Shown in pieces: positions 1 to 9,513 of a stretch of DNA of 20,000 nt. Within the stretch, counting starts at the first letter, position 1. Every line of letters begins with the position of its first letter. Under the pieces are notes generated by a model, which ran no database searches, was not told the origin of the DNA, and saw only the letters and a program-made list of their open reading frames with translations. Source of the DNA: an uncultured virus (IMG/VR IMGVR_UViG_3300001525_000355) (Duplodnaviria; Heunggongvirae; Uroviricota; Caudoviricetes); the IMG/VR virus record IMGVR_UViG_3300001525_000355. The stretch is one strand, 5' to 3'. Made by a program: the position numbers and the translations under genes.

Positions 1-3
1 AAT

Positions 4-588
4 ATGGTAAATGATGCACTTATGAATGATTACTTCACTAAGTTTAGCGAAGGTGTTTTCAAATCGATATATAGAAGTGCAGCAAGAGGAATAATGGGTG
101 GTTTTAGAAAGGTTCTTGATAAGATCGGCATTTCTAAGTTCCTTCCTGATCCTGCTGATGAAATGTATAAACGGAAGGGTGACATTGTAAAACAAATGAT
201 TACAATGGCTCCCAGTAACTTTGTAAATGCTTCCGCCTTTAGAAGTAATCTTCATTCTGCTCCTGCTAACTATAAGTTCACTTCTTCTGTTGTTATGTTT
301 AACAAGGATGATATCGAAGAAGATGAAAGTATATTTATGAATAGATCAGCTATGAATAGATTATTCAAGATGGGTTGGACATCATTTGCCGTTCTTGATC
401 CTGTTAAAGAAGTTATGTTGTTCATTTCTAATCTTGATGGTGGTTTCTTACATGAACTTCCTTATAGTTACATGTTCAATGCATTAAATGCTTCTGATAT
501 CTATAAGAATGAATCTTCATTGAGAAATGGTGCAAGACCGTTTAGTATTAGAAAAGGTAATTTTGCTGCATTTGCAAGGTCTCTTTAA
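4..588 (+). CDS. Hypothetical phage protein, possibly the 3' end of a longer gene
   Basis: 194-aa ORF; the frame is open back to base 1 (aat), so the true start may lie upstream of the window. No recognised motif; a hairpin overlaps its stop. Confidence 0.7.
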   Translation: MVNDALMNDYFTKFSEGVFKSIYRSAARGIMGGFRKVLDKIGISKFLPDPADEMYKRKGDIVKQMITMAPSNFVNASAFRSNLHSAPANYKFTSSVVMFNKDDIEEDESIFMNRSAMNRLFKMGWTSFAVLDPVKEVMLFISNLDGGFLHELPYSYMFNALNASDIYKNESSLRNGARPFSIRKGNFAAFARSL

Positions 589-604
589 TTAGAGACCTTG
601 TTTA
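575..604 (+). terminator. Putative intrinsic terminator overlapping the ORF1 stop codon
   Basis: Perfect 10-bp stem CAAGGTCTCT (575-584) / AGAGACCTTG (591-600), loop TTAATT, followed by a short T run. Confidence 0.6.
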
Positions 605-633
605 AATACAATTGATATAACAGGAATTTCAAT

Positions 634-1365
634 ATGAGTGAACAGACAAACGAAACTAATGTGCTTCATTTAGAAAATAGTGAATTTGATTTGCATCTGA
701 GAATTGATCATTTTCAAGATGAAGGTGAAGAAATTAGATTCATTAAGTCTGTTGAGAAAATGGTAAGAAGAAGTTCAGAATATGCATTATGGAGAGATTA
801 CATAACCGATATTCTTGGACAAACAACATGTGAAATTACCAATGAAGATGCTTCTGATTGTAGTATAGAAATTCATCATCATCCTATAAATCTATATACA
901 ATAGTAAAGGCAGTAGTAGATGATTATATCAGAAAAAAAGTAGAATTTTCAACCTTTGATATTGCTACTAAAGTAATTGAACTTCATTTTCAAAATAAAG
1001 TTGGTTATGTAGTAATGATTTCTAATATGCATGAAAAGTTTCATAGGGGTAAACTTATGATTCCGATTGAGTATGTTAGAGGTGATTATAAATACATTCC
1101 TACTCATTTTGCATTAACTGAAGATGATTATACTAAATATCTTGAATATTGTAATATACACAAAGAAGAAGTAGCTGAACAATGGGGTAAGGGTAATTAT
1201 CCTGGGATAGAGAATGCAAGTGATCAGACTGCAAAATTAGATTCTACTATTTCAACAATAGATGATGATAAACAAGTAAAAGAATTGATATCAAAAGCAA
1301 CTGCCAATTTAGAACCTGATATTAAAGATATGATTACTGCTTCAGATTTATCAATAGAGCTTTAA
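634..1365 (+). CDS. HNH-like (beta-beta-alpha-Me) nuclease-fold protein
   Basis: C-x(8-9)-C...EIHHHP...NKVGYVVMISNMHEKFH resembles the HNH signature (HH...N...HxxxH); acidic C-terminal tail; AGGA Shine-Dalgarno upstream. Confidence 0.55.
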   Translation: MSEQTNETNVLHLENSEFDLHLRIDHFQDEGEEIRFIKSVEKMVRRSSEYALWRDYITDILGQTTCEITNEDASDCSIEIHHHPINLYTIVKAVVDDYIRKKVEFSTFDIATKVIELHFQNKVGYVVMISNMHEKFHRGKLMIPIEYVRGDYKYIPTHFALTEDDYTKYLEYCNIHKEEVAEQWGKGNYPGIENASDQTAKLDSTISTIDDDKQVKELISKATANLEPDIKDMITASDLSIEL

Positions 1366-1377
1366 GGATCATATATT

Positions 1378-2178
1378 ATGGCGTATACAACAATAGGCAC
1401 AGAAGCGAGAGTTAAATCTACGTTATCTAGTGACGTTGATAAGTTCAGGGGTAAATACAGAACTTATGAGGAACAAGTTGATTCTAGTAAGGTTGGTATT
1501 ACTTTTGTAAGTCCTATTGTTTCTTTATATGATAGATATAGATTTTTTATTTTACAAAATTCAGAAAAGAAAACATTGGCTTTAAATCATAAATATAGAC
1601 CAGATTATGTATCATATGAAGAATATGGTACTACTAACTGGTGGACTCTTATACTCTATATTAATGATATTAAGTGTATAGAAGAATTTGATAAAGATGA
1701 AATCTTAGTTCCGTCAATGGATTGTATAACTAAATTGATGGAAAAATCTACAGAAACATTACCAATTAAAGATTTAAACCAGGATGATCTTAAAGTATAT
1801 GATAATGCTTTATTATACAGTATACCATCAAATAATCTGAATGATACTTTATCTGAATTGACTTCTAAATCTACTACATCTTCTGGTGGTGATGAATTAG
1901 AGCTTGAAACCGATAGATTTAAAAGAGAAGAATTTACTTTGGATATTCCTACTTTACGTTTGAGATATATAGAATTAGAAAATGAACCTGTTGAAAATAC
2001 TATTAATTTGATAATCAGGGGTAAACCAACTTATACATATGGAAAACATTATGTTTTAACAGAAGGTTCTTCTGGTAGAAATAAAATTACATGGGATCCT
2101 GATATTGTAACAGGATCCGGTTTAGTATTTAGACTCAAAGAAAATGATATTGTACAGGTAACATATGTCTCAAAGTGA
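1378..2178 (+). CDS. Baseplate wedge protein, T4 gp53/LysM-like, with a C-terminal beta-rich domain
   Basis: YRPDYVSYEEYGTTNWWTLILYINDI matches the gp53/LysM-like 'RPD.lS...YG....WW.IL..N' motif of contractile-tail baseplates; AAGGA RBS; lies upstream of a gp5-like gene. Confidence 0.8.
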   Translation: MAYTTIGTEARVKSTLSSDVDKFRGKYRTYEEQVDSSKVGITFVSPIVSLYDRYRFFILQNSEKKTLALNHKYRPDYVSYEEYGTTNWWTLILYINDIKCIEEFDKDEILVPSMDCITKLMEKSTETLPIKDLNQDDLKVYDNALLYSIPSNNLNDTLSELTSKSTTSSGGDELELETDRFKREEFTLDIPTLRLRYIELENEPVENTINLIIRGKPTYTYGKHYVLTEGSSGRNKITWDPDIVTGSGLVFRLKENDIVQVTYVSK

Positions 2179-2632
2179 TACAACTTTATTAATTGGTGTT
2201 TTAGATACATATTATCTATCTGAATTTGATTATGGTACTTATTATTTTGAATTATCCAATTTACCTGTAAGTAATAGTATTAATATAACATTTGAGGATA
2301 ATAACAGTATTACAAGATCTGAAGTTGAAATAGTAGTTATTACAGATTCTGATGATTATACAGAAGATAATATTGATTATGTGAACTATAATTCATCAAA
2401 AACTGATTTATATGCAAAAGTTTTAATTGGTAGCACCTTTGCTGATAGTAGTGGAAAGACTACAGAAATTACAAAAGATAATTATCTTCTCTATAAAAAC
2501 AAATTAGTAGATAGATGTTTTATCGATTTTAGCGGATCGGAAAAAATTAAAAATATTCTTGATGAGATTGATGATACCAGTCAAAGGGTATGTGGTCATT
2601 TTACACTGAGTTATTTCAGTGAATTACTATAA
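2165..2632 (+). CDS. Hypothetical acidic beta-rich protein, probably structural
   Basis: 155-aa ORF overlapping the previous gene by 14 bp; shares the motif (Y/F)xEL(E/S)NxPVxN(T/S)INxx with the C-terminal domain of 1378..2178. Confidence 0.65.
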   Translation: MSQSDTTLLIGVLDTYYLSEFDYGTYYFELSNLPVSNSINITFEDNNSITRSEVEIVVITDSDDYTEDNIDYVNYNSSKTDLYAKVLIGSTFADSSGKTTEITKDNYLLYKNKLVDRCFIDFSGSEKIKNILDEIDDTSQRVCGHFTLSYFSELL

Positions 2633-2643
2633 GGATTTTGGTT

Positions 2644-3525
2644 ATGTTAAGCAAAAATTTAAGTCTTCTTTCTAATATACCCAATGTGGTATCTATGTCA
2701 CAGAATGATGTAGATTCATATAAATTGTCAGAAGAAGATATTCAGAATTTTTGTGATTCTGTCAAATTATTTTCAACAAGAGCTAAATCACATATTGGTT
2801 ATAAATATGTACAATTTCATATAGATAATCAATTTAAATATATTGATCTTGTAAAGATTCCAAAGTATCCTTTACTTGCTGTATATAACAGTAATACGAA
2901 AAAATGCTTGATTAATATTAGTGCTACTCTTAAAAGTAAGCCAAATAATATAGATGCAAGAGATTGTTATGCTATGACCTTATATGGTCATGTGTGTTCA
3001 TATCTTACTGGTAAAAATAATTTTGCAGATTATGAACCATTTTGCAATTATATATGTTTAATGTATCTTAAGATATTTGCAAAGAAATATGGTATTACTG
3101 GTTCATTTGCTGATTTGATTCCTCAGTTTAAGTTTATTGTATATATGTTTACTCTTATCAAATTCTTTGGAATGAATGGTGATAAGGCGTTACAAGTAGC
3201 ATCAGCAAATTGCAAATTTGATCCAAAAAAACTTAATATTCCAAGAATGAAAGACTATGATATGTTCAGTATAAAGGACATGATTAGACTTCTTTCTGAT
3301 ACCGGAACTTGTCCCGGTCTCGGAAGTTATAAGTTTGTTGAAACAATGATTAGATTGTTTAACGTTATGGGTCTTGCCATGTTTGAAGACCTTATGAGAT
3401 TTTCTTGTGCTTTATTTACATCAACTGTAAATTCAAATAGTTTCTTTCCTGTGTATCTCCAATTCTATAGTTCTAGTGATTATACTAAAATCAATGATAT
3501 CATTGAGCATAGTTTATCACGCTAA
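2644..3525 (+). CDS. Hypothetical helical protein in the structural module
   Basis: ORF track starts at TTG 2638, but ATG 2644 sits 8 nt downstream of AAGGA (2631-2635) and is the likelier start. No recognised motif. Confidence 0.7.
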   Translation: MLSKNLSLLSNIPNVVSMSQNDVDSYKLSEEDIQNFCDSVKLFSTRAKSHIGYKYVQFHIDNQFKYIDLVKIPKYPLLAVYNSNTKKCLINISATLKSKPNNIDARDCYAMTLYGHVCSYLTGKNNFADYEPFCNYICLMYLKIFAKKYGITGSFADLIPQFKFIVYMFTLIKFFGMNGDKALQVASANCKFDPKKLNIPRMKDYDMFSIKDMIRLLSDTGTCPGLGSYKFVETMIRLFNVMGLAMFEDLMRFSCALFTSTVNSNSFFPVYLQFYSSSDYTKINDIIEHSLSR

Positions 3526-3542
3526 TTTTAATTTGATTTTTT

Positions 3543-5279
3543 ATGGCTTATATTCCAAGAAATGATTACAGCGGTTTGTATCGCGCTTTAGTTATTGATG
3601 CGAATGATCCGGAATTTAAGGGAAGAGTAAAAGTAAGAATACCAGACTTGATGGTATCAGATTCTCAACATGTTGGAGAATGGACTAAAAATGGATTGTG
3701 GGCATATCCATTAAATAACATGATGGGTGGTAGAAATCTTAGAGATACAACATCTAGATTTCCAGATGGTAAAGATGCTCAATTTCAGGGACAATGTTTA
3801 CCATTTCCGAAAGGTTCTCATGTATTCGTAATGTTTGAGAAGAATGATGTTTCTCATCCGTTTGTAGTTGGTGCTGCGGAATATGGTGATTCTACAGTTC
3901 TTCCAGAAAATCAATTGGGTAGAGAACCATACAAAAAGTGGACATTATTTAAATCAAATGCTGGCAGAACTATTATAGTTTCTGATGATAAAGATGATGC
4001 TAGATTTGAAATAACAGGAAAGAAAAGAAAAATAAATAATGCCCCGTGGGGTGATTTAGAATCAGTATATGAGATTGATGATAACCAAACTGTATTTCTT
4101 ATTGATGAAAGAGCCAATCACGAAAAGGTTCTTTTAAAAGATTACAGGGGAAATTATATCAATCTTATACAGGATGAACAGGGTGTAAATGATCAATTAC
4201 ATGTGTATATGAAGAATGATATACATATGGAAACTTTAAAAGATTTTTATTTAACTGTTGCTGGAAATCTTCATATTAAAGTTGGTCAAAATATTTATAT
4301 TACAGCATTAGATAATATGTATTTATATGCTGTAAATAAACTTCAAGAATATGCCAATTCTATAGATAGAGTTTCTGAAACATATGATAATACCAAATGT
4401 AATGAAGTTAACATTAAAGCTACTGGTAATATCAATATAAAATCTGGTGGCACTATATTTAGAACATCTATTAATGATTTTAGAAGTGCTGCTCAGATCA
4501 ATGACTGTTCTTCTGGTAATATAACATTAAATGCATCAGGCAGTTTGGGTGTTAATGCTAGTGGTAATGTAGCCATAATGGGTGCTAAAACATTAATACA
4601 GACAAGTGCTATTACCGGAGAAGCCAAGGGTGAGGTAGCAGAAGCAGTTATTTCTTTAGTGTCTGAATTTGCACAACCAAATGGCGAACGAAATCAAGAT
4701 ATTATCAAATTGGATTATTCTCCGAAATTTATAGAAGATAAATCACCAGATTCATTAAAAGCTCATGAGTTTAAAGCACCAGAAATAATTTTAACGCAAA
4801 ATCCAGAATCTGGTGTTGGAACATCTGATTTCTTACCGCCAATTAAAGTCACAGTACCTGAAGTTCCTGAACAGAAAATAGTACCGCCACCACCAATTGT
4901 TGAGAATGAAAATCCTCCAGAAAAAATAGATCCTGTAGTATTAGTAACTAAAGCAATGGAAGAAGCATTTGTAAAAGTAAGAGATCTTAATTTGGCTTGT
5001 AATATTGCAACAGGAATATTGACAAATACAGTTACAGAAGGTACTCAAATCGCTCATGAGCAAATTGCCATAATTAAAGCAGTAGAAGCATCTGCTAAAG
5101 ATTGTGTAGAAGTTGTTGAAACTAATGCCAATGAAGCAGCTGATAAAGTTGAATCAAAAGTTACAACAGCAGCAGAACAAACAGAAGAAGAACTTGAAGT
5201 AGAGGCTCAAGAAGTTGAGCAAGAGAAAGAAAAATTTTGTATTGATAAAATGGATTCTGAAGTAGAATCATTGAAATAA
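3543..5279 (+). CDS. Baseplate central spike, T4 gp5/VgrG-like (OB fold + beta-helix) with C-terminal extension
   Basis: N-terminal YRALVIDANDPEFKGRVKVRIP...P.KGSHVFVMFE..D..HP.VVG is the gp5 OB-fold signature; repeats such as LTVAGNLHIKVG, IKATGNINIKSGG, LNASGSLGVNASGNV are typical of the triple beta-helix; PAAR gene downstream. Confidence 0.88.
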   Translation: MAYIPRNDYSGLYRALVIDANDPEFKGRVKVRIPDLMVSDSQHVGEWTKNGLWAYPLNNMMGGRNLRDTTSRFPDGKDAQFQGQCLPFPKGSHVFVMFEKNDVSHPFVVGAAEYGDSTVLPENQLGREPYKKWTLFKSNAGRTIIVSDDKDDARFEITGKKRKINNAPWGDLESVYEIDDNQTVFLIDERANHEKVLLKDYRGNYINLIQDEQGVNDQLHVYMKNDIHMETLKDFYLTVAGNLHIKVGQNIYITALDNMYLYAVNKLQEYANSIDRVSETYDNTKCNEVNIKATGNINIKSGGTIFRTSINDFRSAAQINDCSSGNITLNASGSLGVNASGNVAIMGAKTLIQTSAITGEAKGEVAEAVISLVSEFAQPNGERNQDIIKLDYSPKFIEDKSPDSLKAHEFKAPEIILTQNPESGVGTSDFLPPIKVTVPEVPEQKIVPPPPIVENENPPEKIDPVVLVTKAMEEAFVKVRDLNLACNIATGILTNTVTEGTQIAHEQIAIIKAVEASAKDCVEVVETNANEAADKVESKVTTAAEQTEEELEVEAQEVEQEKEKFCIDKMDSEVESLK

Positions 5280-5291
5280 GGATCAATCATA

Positions 5292-8200
5292 ATGAATTTA
5301 AATGAAGCTTTAGATAAAAGTTATATTACTTTTCTGGATAATTTCCATAAATTCATTGATAAAGAGACTAAGTTATATCTTGATGATGATCCTAAATCAT
5401 ATAATGTTGACAAAGATAGAAAAGATATTTGTAGCTGGTTTACTTATTATTGTACCGGTGATAATATGATAGCCTATATGACTTATGCTTTTAATGCAGT
5501 AAGTAGCGCTAAATTAAAATGGGGACTCGGAATAGATTTCCAAGACATTCTTTCTAATAATCATAAGATATTTAGTGATAATATTGTAGATACTTGTGAT
5601 CCAATTGCTTATGGTTTCATTGCAAAGATGAAAGAACAGGTAAAAGCTGAATCTTATTTTAAATCACTAATACAGGATTCAGTTAAGTTATTTAAATCAA
5701 GAATGAATGCAGCAATTGTGGATTATAAAACAGATAATCCACAAGCATATAATTGTGCACTCAATCCAGAATATCTTGCTGTTGCTGAACAGGCTTTATG
5801 CGATAGCATCACAGAAAAAATGAATGCATATTATAACAGTTTGGATGCTATGGGTAAAAATGAAGTAAATGCACTTAAATCAAGTGCAGCTTCAAGTCTT
5901 ACTAGTTTAAGAAGAGATCTTGTTTCAACTGCTCGAACTCAATGGATTGACCAACAAGATAAATGGAGACTTGATATAAGTAGTCCAATTCGAGATTGTC
6001 AAGATAAAATAAAAGCTATTATGAGTGATGAAGCAAATATCGCAGAATGGAATTCTCGATATGAAACTGAATTTAAAGCTCAAGTGGCAGCTGTTACTTT
6101 CTGGAGAGTAAAAGTAGAAGCTGTTTTATCAACATTAGTTAGTGATATATTACAAAATAGTGAAATTACTACTACTTTTAGTGAAGGTGTTGATAAGATT
6201 TATAATGGTTTAAAAGAATCAAAAGTTGGATATTTTAATTCTGAAACAGTAATCCATGGTGATAAAGTCAAATGTCTGAAGAGAATTAAAACTTTTGCTA
6301 TGGAAGGAATTAAAAGTGTTAAAAATGGTATTAAAACAGAAATAGCTTTCCATGTAGCCAATATTAATAAATATTTCGAGGGAGAATATAGAAAAGAAGA
6401 AGTTCATAGAATGGAAGTAAGAGGAAAGTATAGAAAAAGAGGTAGAAGATGTTATGATAATATCGAAGATAATATAATGGAAGGTTCTACTATAGGAAAA
6501 GCAAAAGATTGGTGTGAAGCTGCTGCTATAAAAGCAAAAGAGACAATTCAAGCAATTGTTAAAACTATAGTAAATGCAATACAATTAATGATTAAGGTTC
6601 TGACATTTGTATTAGAATTAATAACATTAATTTTGGAAGCTATATCTGAACCACTTCAGTATTTGACTGTTGATTTACCAAATAGTATTAAAGATGCTAT
6701 CGATAATACTATAAAAACAGTAATGGATAAAATGCTTCCAAAGTTTCCAGAAGCTCCAACTAGTGCTAGTAACGGCATCAGACAATTTTGTGCTGCTGGC
6801 AGAAAAACAGTTGGTGGCGCAATGAATGTGATGAATGGTTATTTGATTAACTTCATTAAGAAGCAAATAACTACTGTGATTTCAAAGAATATGGTTCAAG
6901 CAAAGAAAGTATTTAATCAGACAACAGAAAAGATTCAAGAAATAATAAAGAAAGTATCTACACCATTTATTGAAGATACTGCAGCACAAATGGCTCAAGA
7001 ATTAGATACTGAACTTGATTTGAATAATGATGATCTTAAAGCAGAAATAACAAACGATGTAGAACTTGAAGAACCAGATGATCCCTGGTTGATAGAAATG
7101 CAACAATTATCTAGAAACCTTTATGATAATACTTATGAACTTGAAGGTTATGCTGATAAACTTGAAAAGATTGAAGAATTTTTGAGTGGTAAGAGTACTC
7201 CAGAAGAAGCTGCTGCCAATCTTATAGCGAAGTTTATTGGATTTATGACCCGTGGCGCATTAGAAGAAAAAGATGTTGGAGATTTGATAAAAGCAGCACA
7301 ACAGATTGCAGCAGGAAACATGAAGGATGCTGTTGCTGGATTACTTAATAAAACACCACTTGGACCAAAAATAAAGGTCTTTATTTCATTGTTAATGGAA
7401 CTTCTTAATTTAATGATGAGTGGTTTACTTGGTCAGCTCTTTAGCGCATTTAGCAACATGTTTAATTCAATGGGTGATAGATATTCAAATTGTTGCTATA
7501 ATTACATGTTTGGTGAAGGCGGACCTTTACGTGAAAAACTTGAAATTATTTGTGAGAATGCAGATGATCCAGAAAAATATGATGAACAATTTGTAGAAGA
7601 GAAAATTAAAGAATTGTATGAAGATATGGATGAGATTATGACTGAACCAGGATTTCTTGATAAAGCCATCCCAGAAGAAGAAAGATATGTAGATGTTGAT
7701 ACATTTGTAGAAGATGTAAATTCTGCAGTAGATGATTTCAAGAAAGACGGCGAAGAAATGGCAAAAGAAAAGATTCTTGAATATTGTAAAGAAATTGAAG
7801 AAGACAGAAGAAACGAAATTTATGAAGTATTTGATATTACAGAAAGAGAAACAGATACATTTGATCAATATGATAGTACTGATTCTTTAGCAAATGATCT
7901 TGGTACAATACCTGATGCTCTTCCTGTCAACATTGGAAACGGTTATGAACTTCTTCTTTTGTTGAAAGATAAATACAGAAATACTGTTTTACCTCTTATT
8001 TCTAAGAGTGGTGGAAATCTTATTTCATTTACATTAATACCAAGTTCAGATATAATAGCAAATGAAAAATCGGAATTATTAGATAATGATGCCATTACAT
8101 CTTTGAGTTCTATCGTATCCAATGTATCTACTGATACTAAATATTGGGAAAATCTTAAAGAAATTCTTAGTCAGGCAACTATTCTCAATATGAGAGTTGT

Positions 8201-8909
8201 TATTACTTTATGGGATTTCAGAGATAAAGTCATAGCAAAGAAATTTAATAATCTTGATGATGATAAACTTTATACTGATGTTGCATGGAATGATACATAC
8301 AAAGAATTCTTTACTAGATTAAGTGGTGTATTAAGTAAATATGATTGTGATATTGTAGTAAATCTCGGATATCATAGTTATACTAATCCAAATGATATTG
8401 AACATAAGATTTATCCAATGTATCCAACTTGTGGTTTTATACGCAAGTTAATAATGTATACATCAAATGATAATAAATTGTTTACTACTAACTTAATGGG
8501 ATTGACTGCCAATGAAGAAGAAAATCTTTATTACTACAATCCTTATTGCGAATGGTATTCATTTGATGACGAAAAAGAACACAATCTTACTAATTGTCAA
8601 GTTGTAGTAAGAGATTGTGTTGATTCAGTATTTAATGATAATGGTCATATTATTACATATGATGATAAGGGTAAATGTAATGGTGGTTATATTAAGTATT
8701 ATATGAAGTGTTCAAAATATTCATTACCAATATTCTCTATGTATAATTTGAAAGAAAAGATTACCGAAGAGATGAATATTAATGATCCGAATATTATGAA
8801 TGATATCTTCTGTAAAAATTCAAGAGAAGCAATAAGAAGAGTTTATGGAAAAGATTATTTCTATAATACCGGAGTATTGGAATTTGACGAAAATGGAGAA
8901 GTAATATGA
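5292..8909 (+). CDS. Large acidic, mostly helical protein with a putative degenerate GH5/clan GH-A-like C-terminal barrel; probably virion-associated
   Basis: 1205-aa ORF between the spike and PAAR genes; AAGGA RBS; two long hydrophobic helices; C-terminal YWENLKEILSQATILNMRVVITLWD pattern is GH-A-like. Confidence 0.6.
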   Translation: MNLNEALDKSYITFLDNFHKFIDKETKLYLDDDPKSYNVDKDRKDICSWFTYYCTGDNMIAYMTYAFNAVSSAKLKWGLGIDFQDILSNNHKIFSDNIVDTCDPIAYGFIAKMKEQVKAESYFKSLIQDSVKLFKSRMNAAIVDYKTDNPQAYNCALNPEYLAVAEQALCDSITEKMNAYYNSLDAMGKNEVNALKSSAASSLTSLRRDLVSTARTQWIDQQDKWRLDISSPIRDCQDKIKAIMSDEANIAEWNSRYETEFKAQVAAVTFWRVKVEAVLSTLVSDILQNSEITTTFSEGVDKIYNGLKESKVGYFNSETVIHGDKVKCLKRIKTFAMEGIKSVKNGIKTEIAFHVANINKYFEGEYRKEEVHRMEVRGKYRKRGRRCYDNIEDNIMEGSTIGKAKDWCEAAAIKAKETIQAIVKTIVNAIQLMIKVLTFVLELITLILEAISEPLQYLTVDLPNSIKDAIDNTIKTVMDKMLPKFPEAPTSASNGIRQFCAAGRKTVGGAMNVMNGYLINFIKKQITTVISKNMVQAKKVFNQTTEKIQEIIKKVSTPFIEDTAAQMAQELDTELDLNNDDLKAEITNDVELEEPDDPWLIEMQQLSRNLYDNTYELEGYADKLEKIEEFLSGKSTPEEAAANLIAKFIGFMTRGALEEKDVGDLIKAAQQIAAGNMKDAVAGLLNKTPLGPKIKVFISLLMELLNLMMSGLLGQLFSAFSNMFNSMGDRYSNCCYNYMFGEGGPLREKLEIICENADDPEKYDEQFVEEKIKELYEDMDEIMTEPGFLDKAIPEEERYVDVDTFVEDVNSAVDDFKKDGEEMAKEKILEYCKEIEEDRRNEIYEVFDITERETDTFDQYDSTDSLANDLGTIPDALPVNIGNGYELLLLLKDKYRNTVLPLISKSGGNLISFTLIPSSDIIANEKSELLDNDAITSLSSIVSNVSTDTKYWENLKEILSQATILNMRVVITLWDFRDKVIAKKFNNLDDDKLYTDVAWNDTYKEFFTRLSGVLSKYDCDIVVNLGYHSYTNPNDIEHKIYPMYPTCGFIRKLIMYTSNDNKLFTTNLMGLTANEEENLYYYNPYCEWYSFDDEKEHNLTNCQVVVRDCVDSVFNDNGHIITYDDKGKCNGGYIKYYMKCSKYSLPIFSMYNLKEKITEEMNINDPNIMNDIFCKNSREAIRRVYGKDYFYNTGVLEFDENGEVI

Positions 8910-9508
8910 TCACATTAGAAAGTATGTTAGAATCCAAACGTCAACATATTATTGAACATGTTCCACCTTCTGAATTTGATGAAAACATTAAAGAGGGTTT
9001 AAAGAAAAAGGAAGAAAAGTTAAAGAATCTTAGTGTAGAAAGTATGCTTGAAGAAGATCCTGGATTATTAGAAAGAATAGAAGATTTGAATAATAAAGGA
9101 ATAAGTCAAGAAGAATATGAAAACTTCATGAATAATAGTAATGGTAATGCTGCTGATATGAATACTTATAAAACAGCAACTGATACTATTTACTATAGCA
9201 AAAATAGTGGTTCATGGGTTAAAATGAGTAGCGGAGAAGCTGTTCTAATAACAAAGAATGATAAATTAAAGGTTAAGATATCTCTTTCTGGTGATCTTGT
9301 AGATACATATCAGACTACTGTTAAATGGAATTCTTTCCCAGAAGGATCTAAATTACCAACACTTACTATATCAAATAATATAACAAATGAATTTTCATTG
9401 ACTGATGATGGATTCTATTCAATTGATTTTAACTTTAAGTCGAAAGACCATGATCAACTTCAGGGTTATGATAATATCACCATTCAAGTAGATAATGATG
9501 GAGTTTAA
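8906..9508 (+). CDS. Hypothetical protein with charged N-terminus and putative Ig-like C-terminal domain
   Basis: ATGA overlap with the previous stop (translational coupling); the C-terminal half has alternating beta-strand character (LKVKISLSG..TVKW..GFYSIDFNF..ITIQV). Confidence 0.65.
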   Translation: MITLESMLESKRQHIIEHVPPSEFDENIKEGLKKKEEKLKNLSVESMLEEDPGLLERIEDLNNKGISQEEYENFMNNSNGNAADMNTYKTATDTIYYSKNSGSWVKMSSGEAVLITKNDKLKVKISLSGDLVDTYQTTVKWNSFPEGSKLPTLTISNNITNEFSLTDDGFYSIDFNFKSKDHDQLQGYDNITIQVDNDGV

Positions 9509-9513
9509 TAAAA

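Noticed and set aside
5292..8909. Tape measure protein
   Set aside because: It is helical and large, but strongly acidic and Cys-rich, sits downstream of the spike gene and lacks clear TMP repeats; not excluded but not supported.
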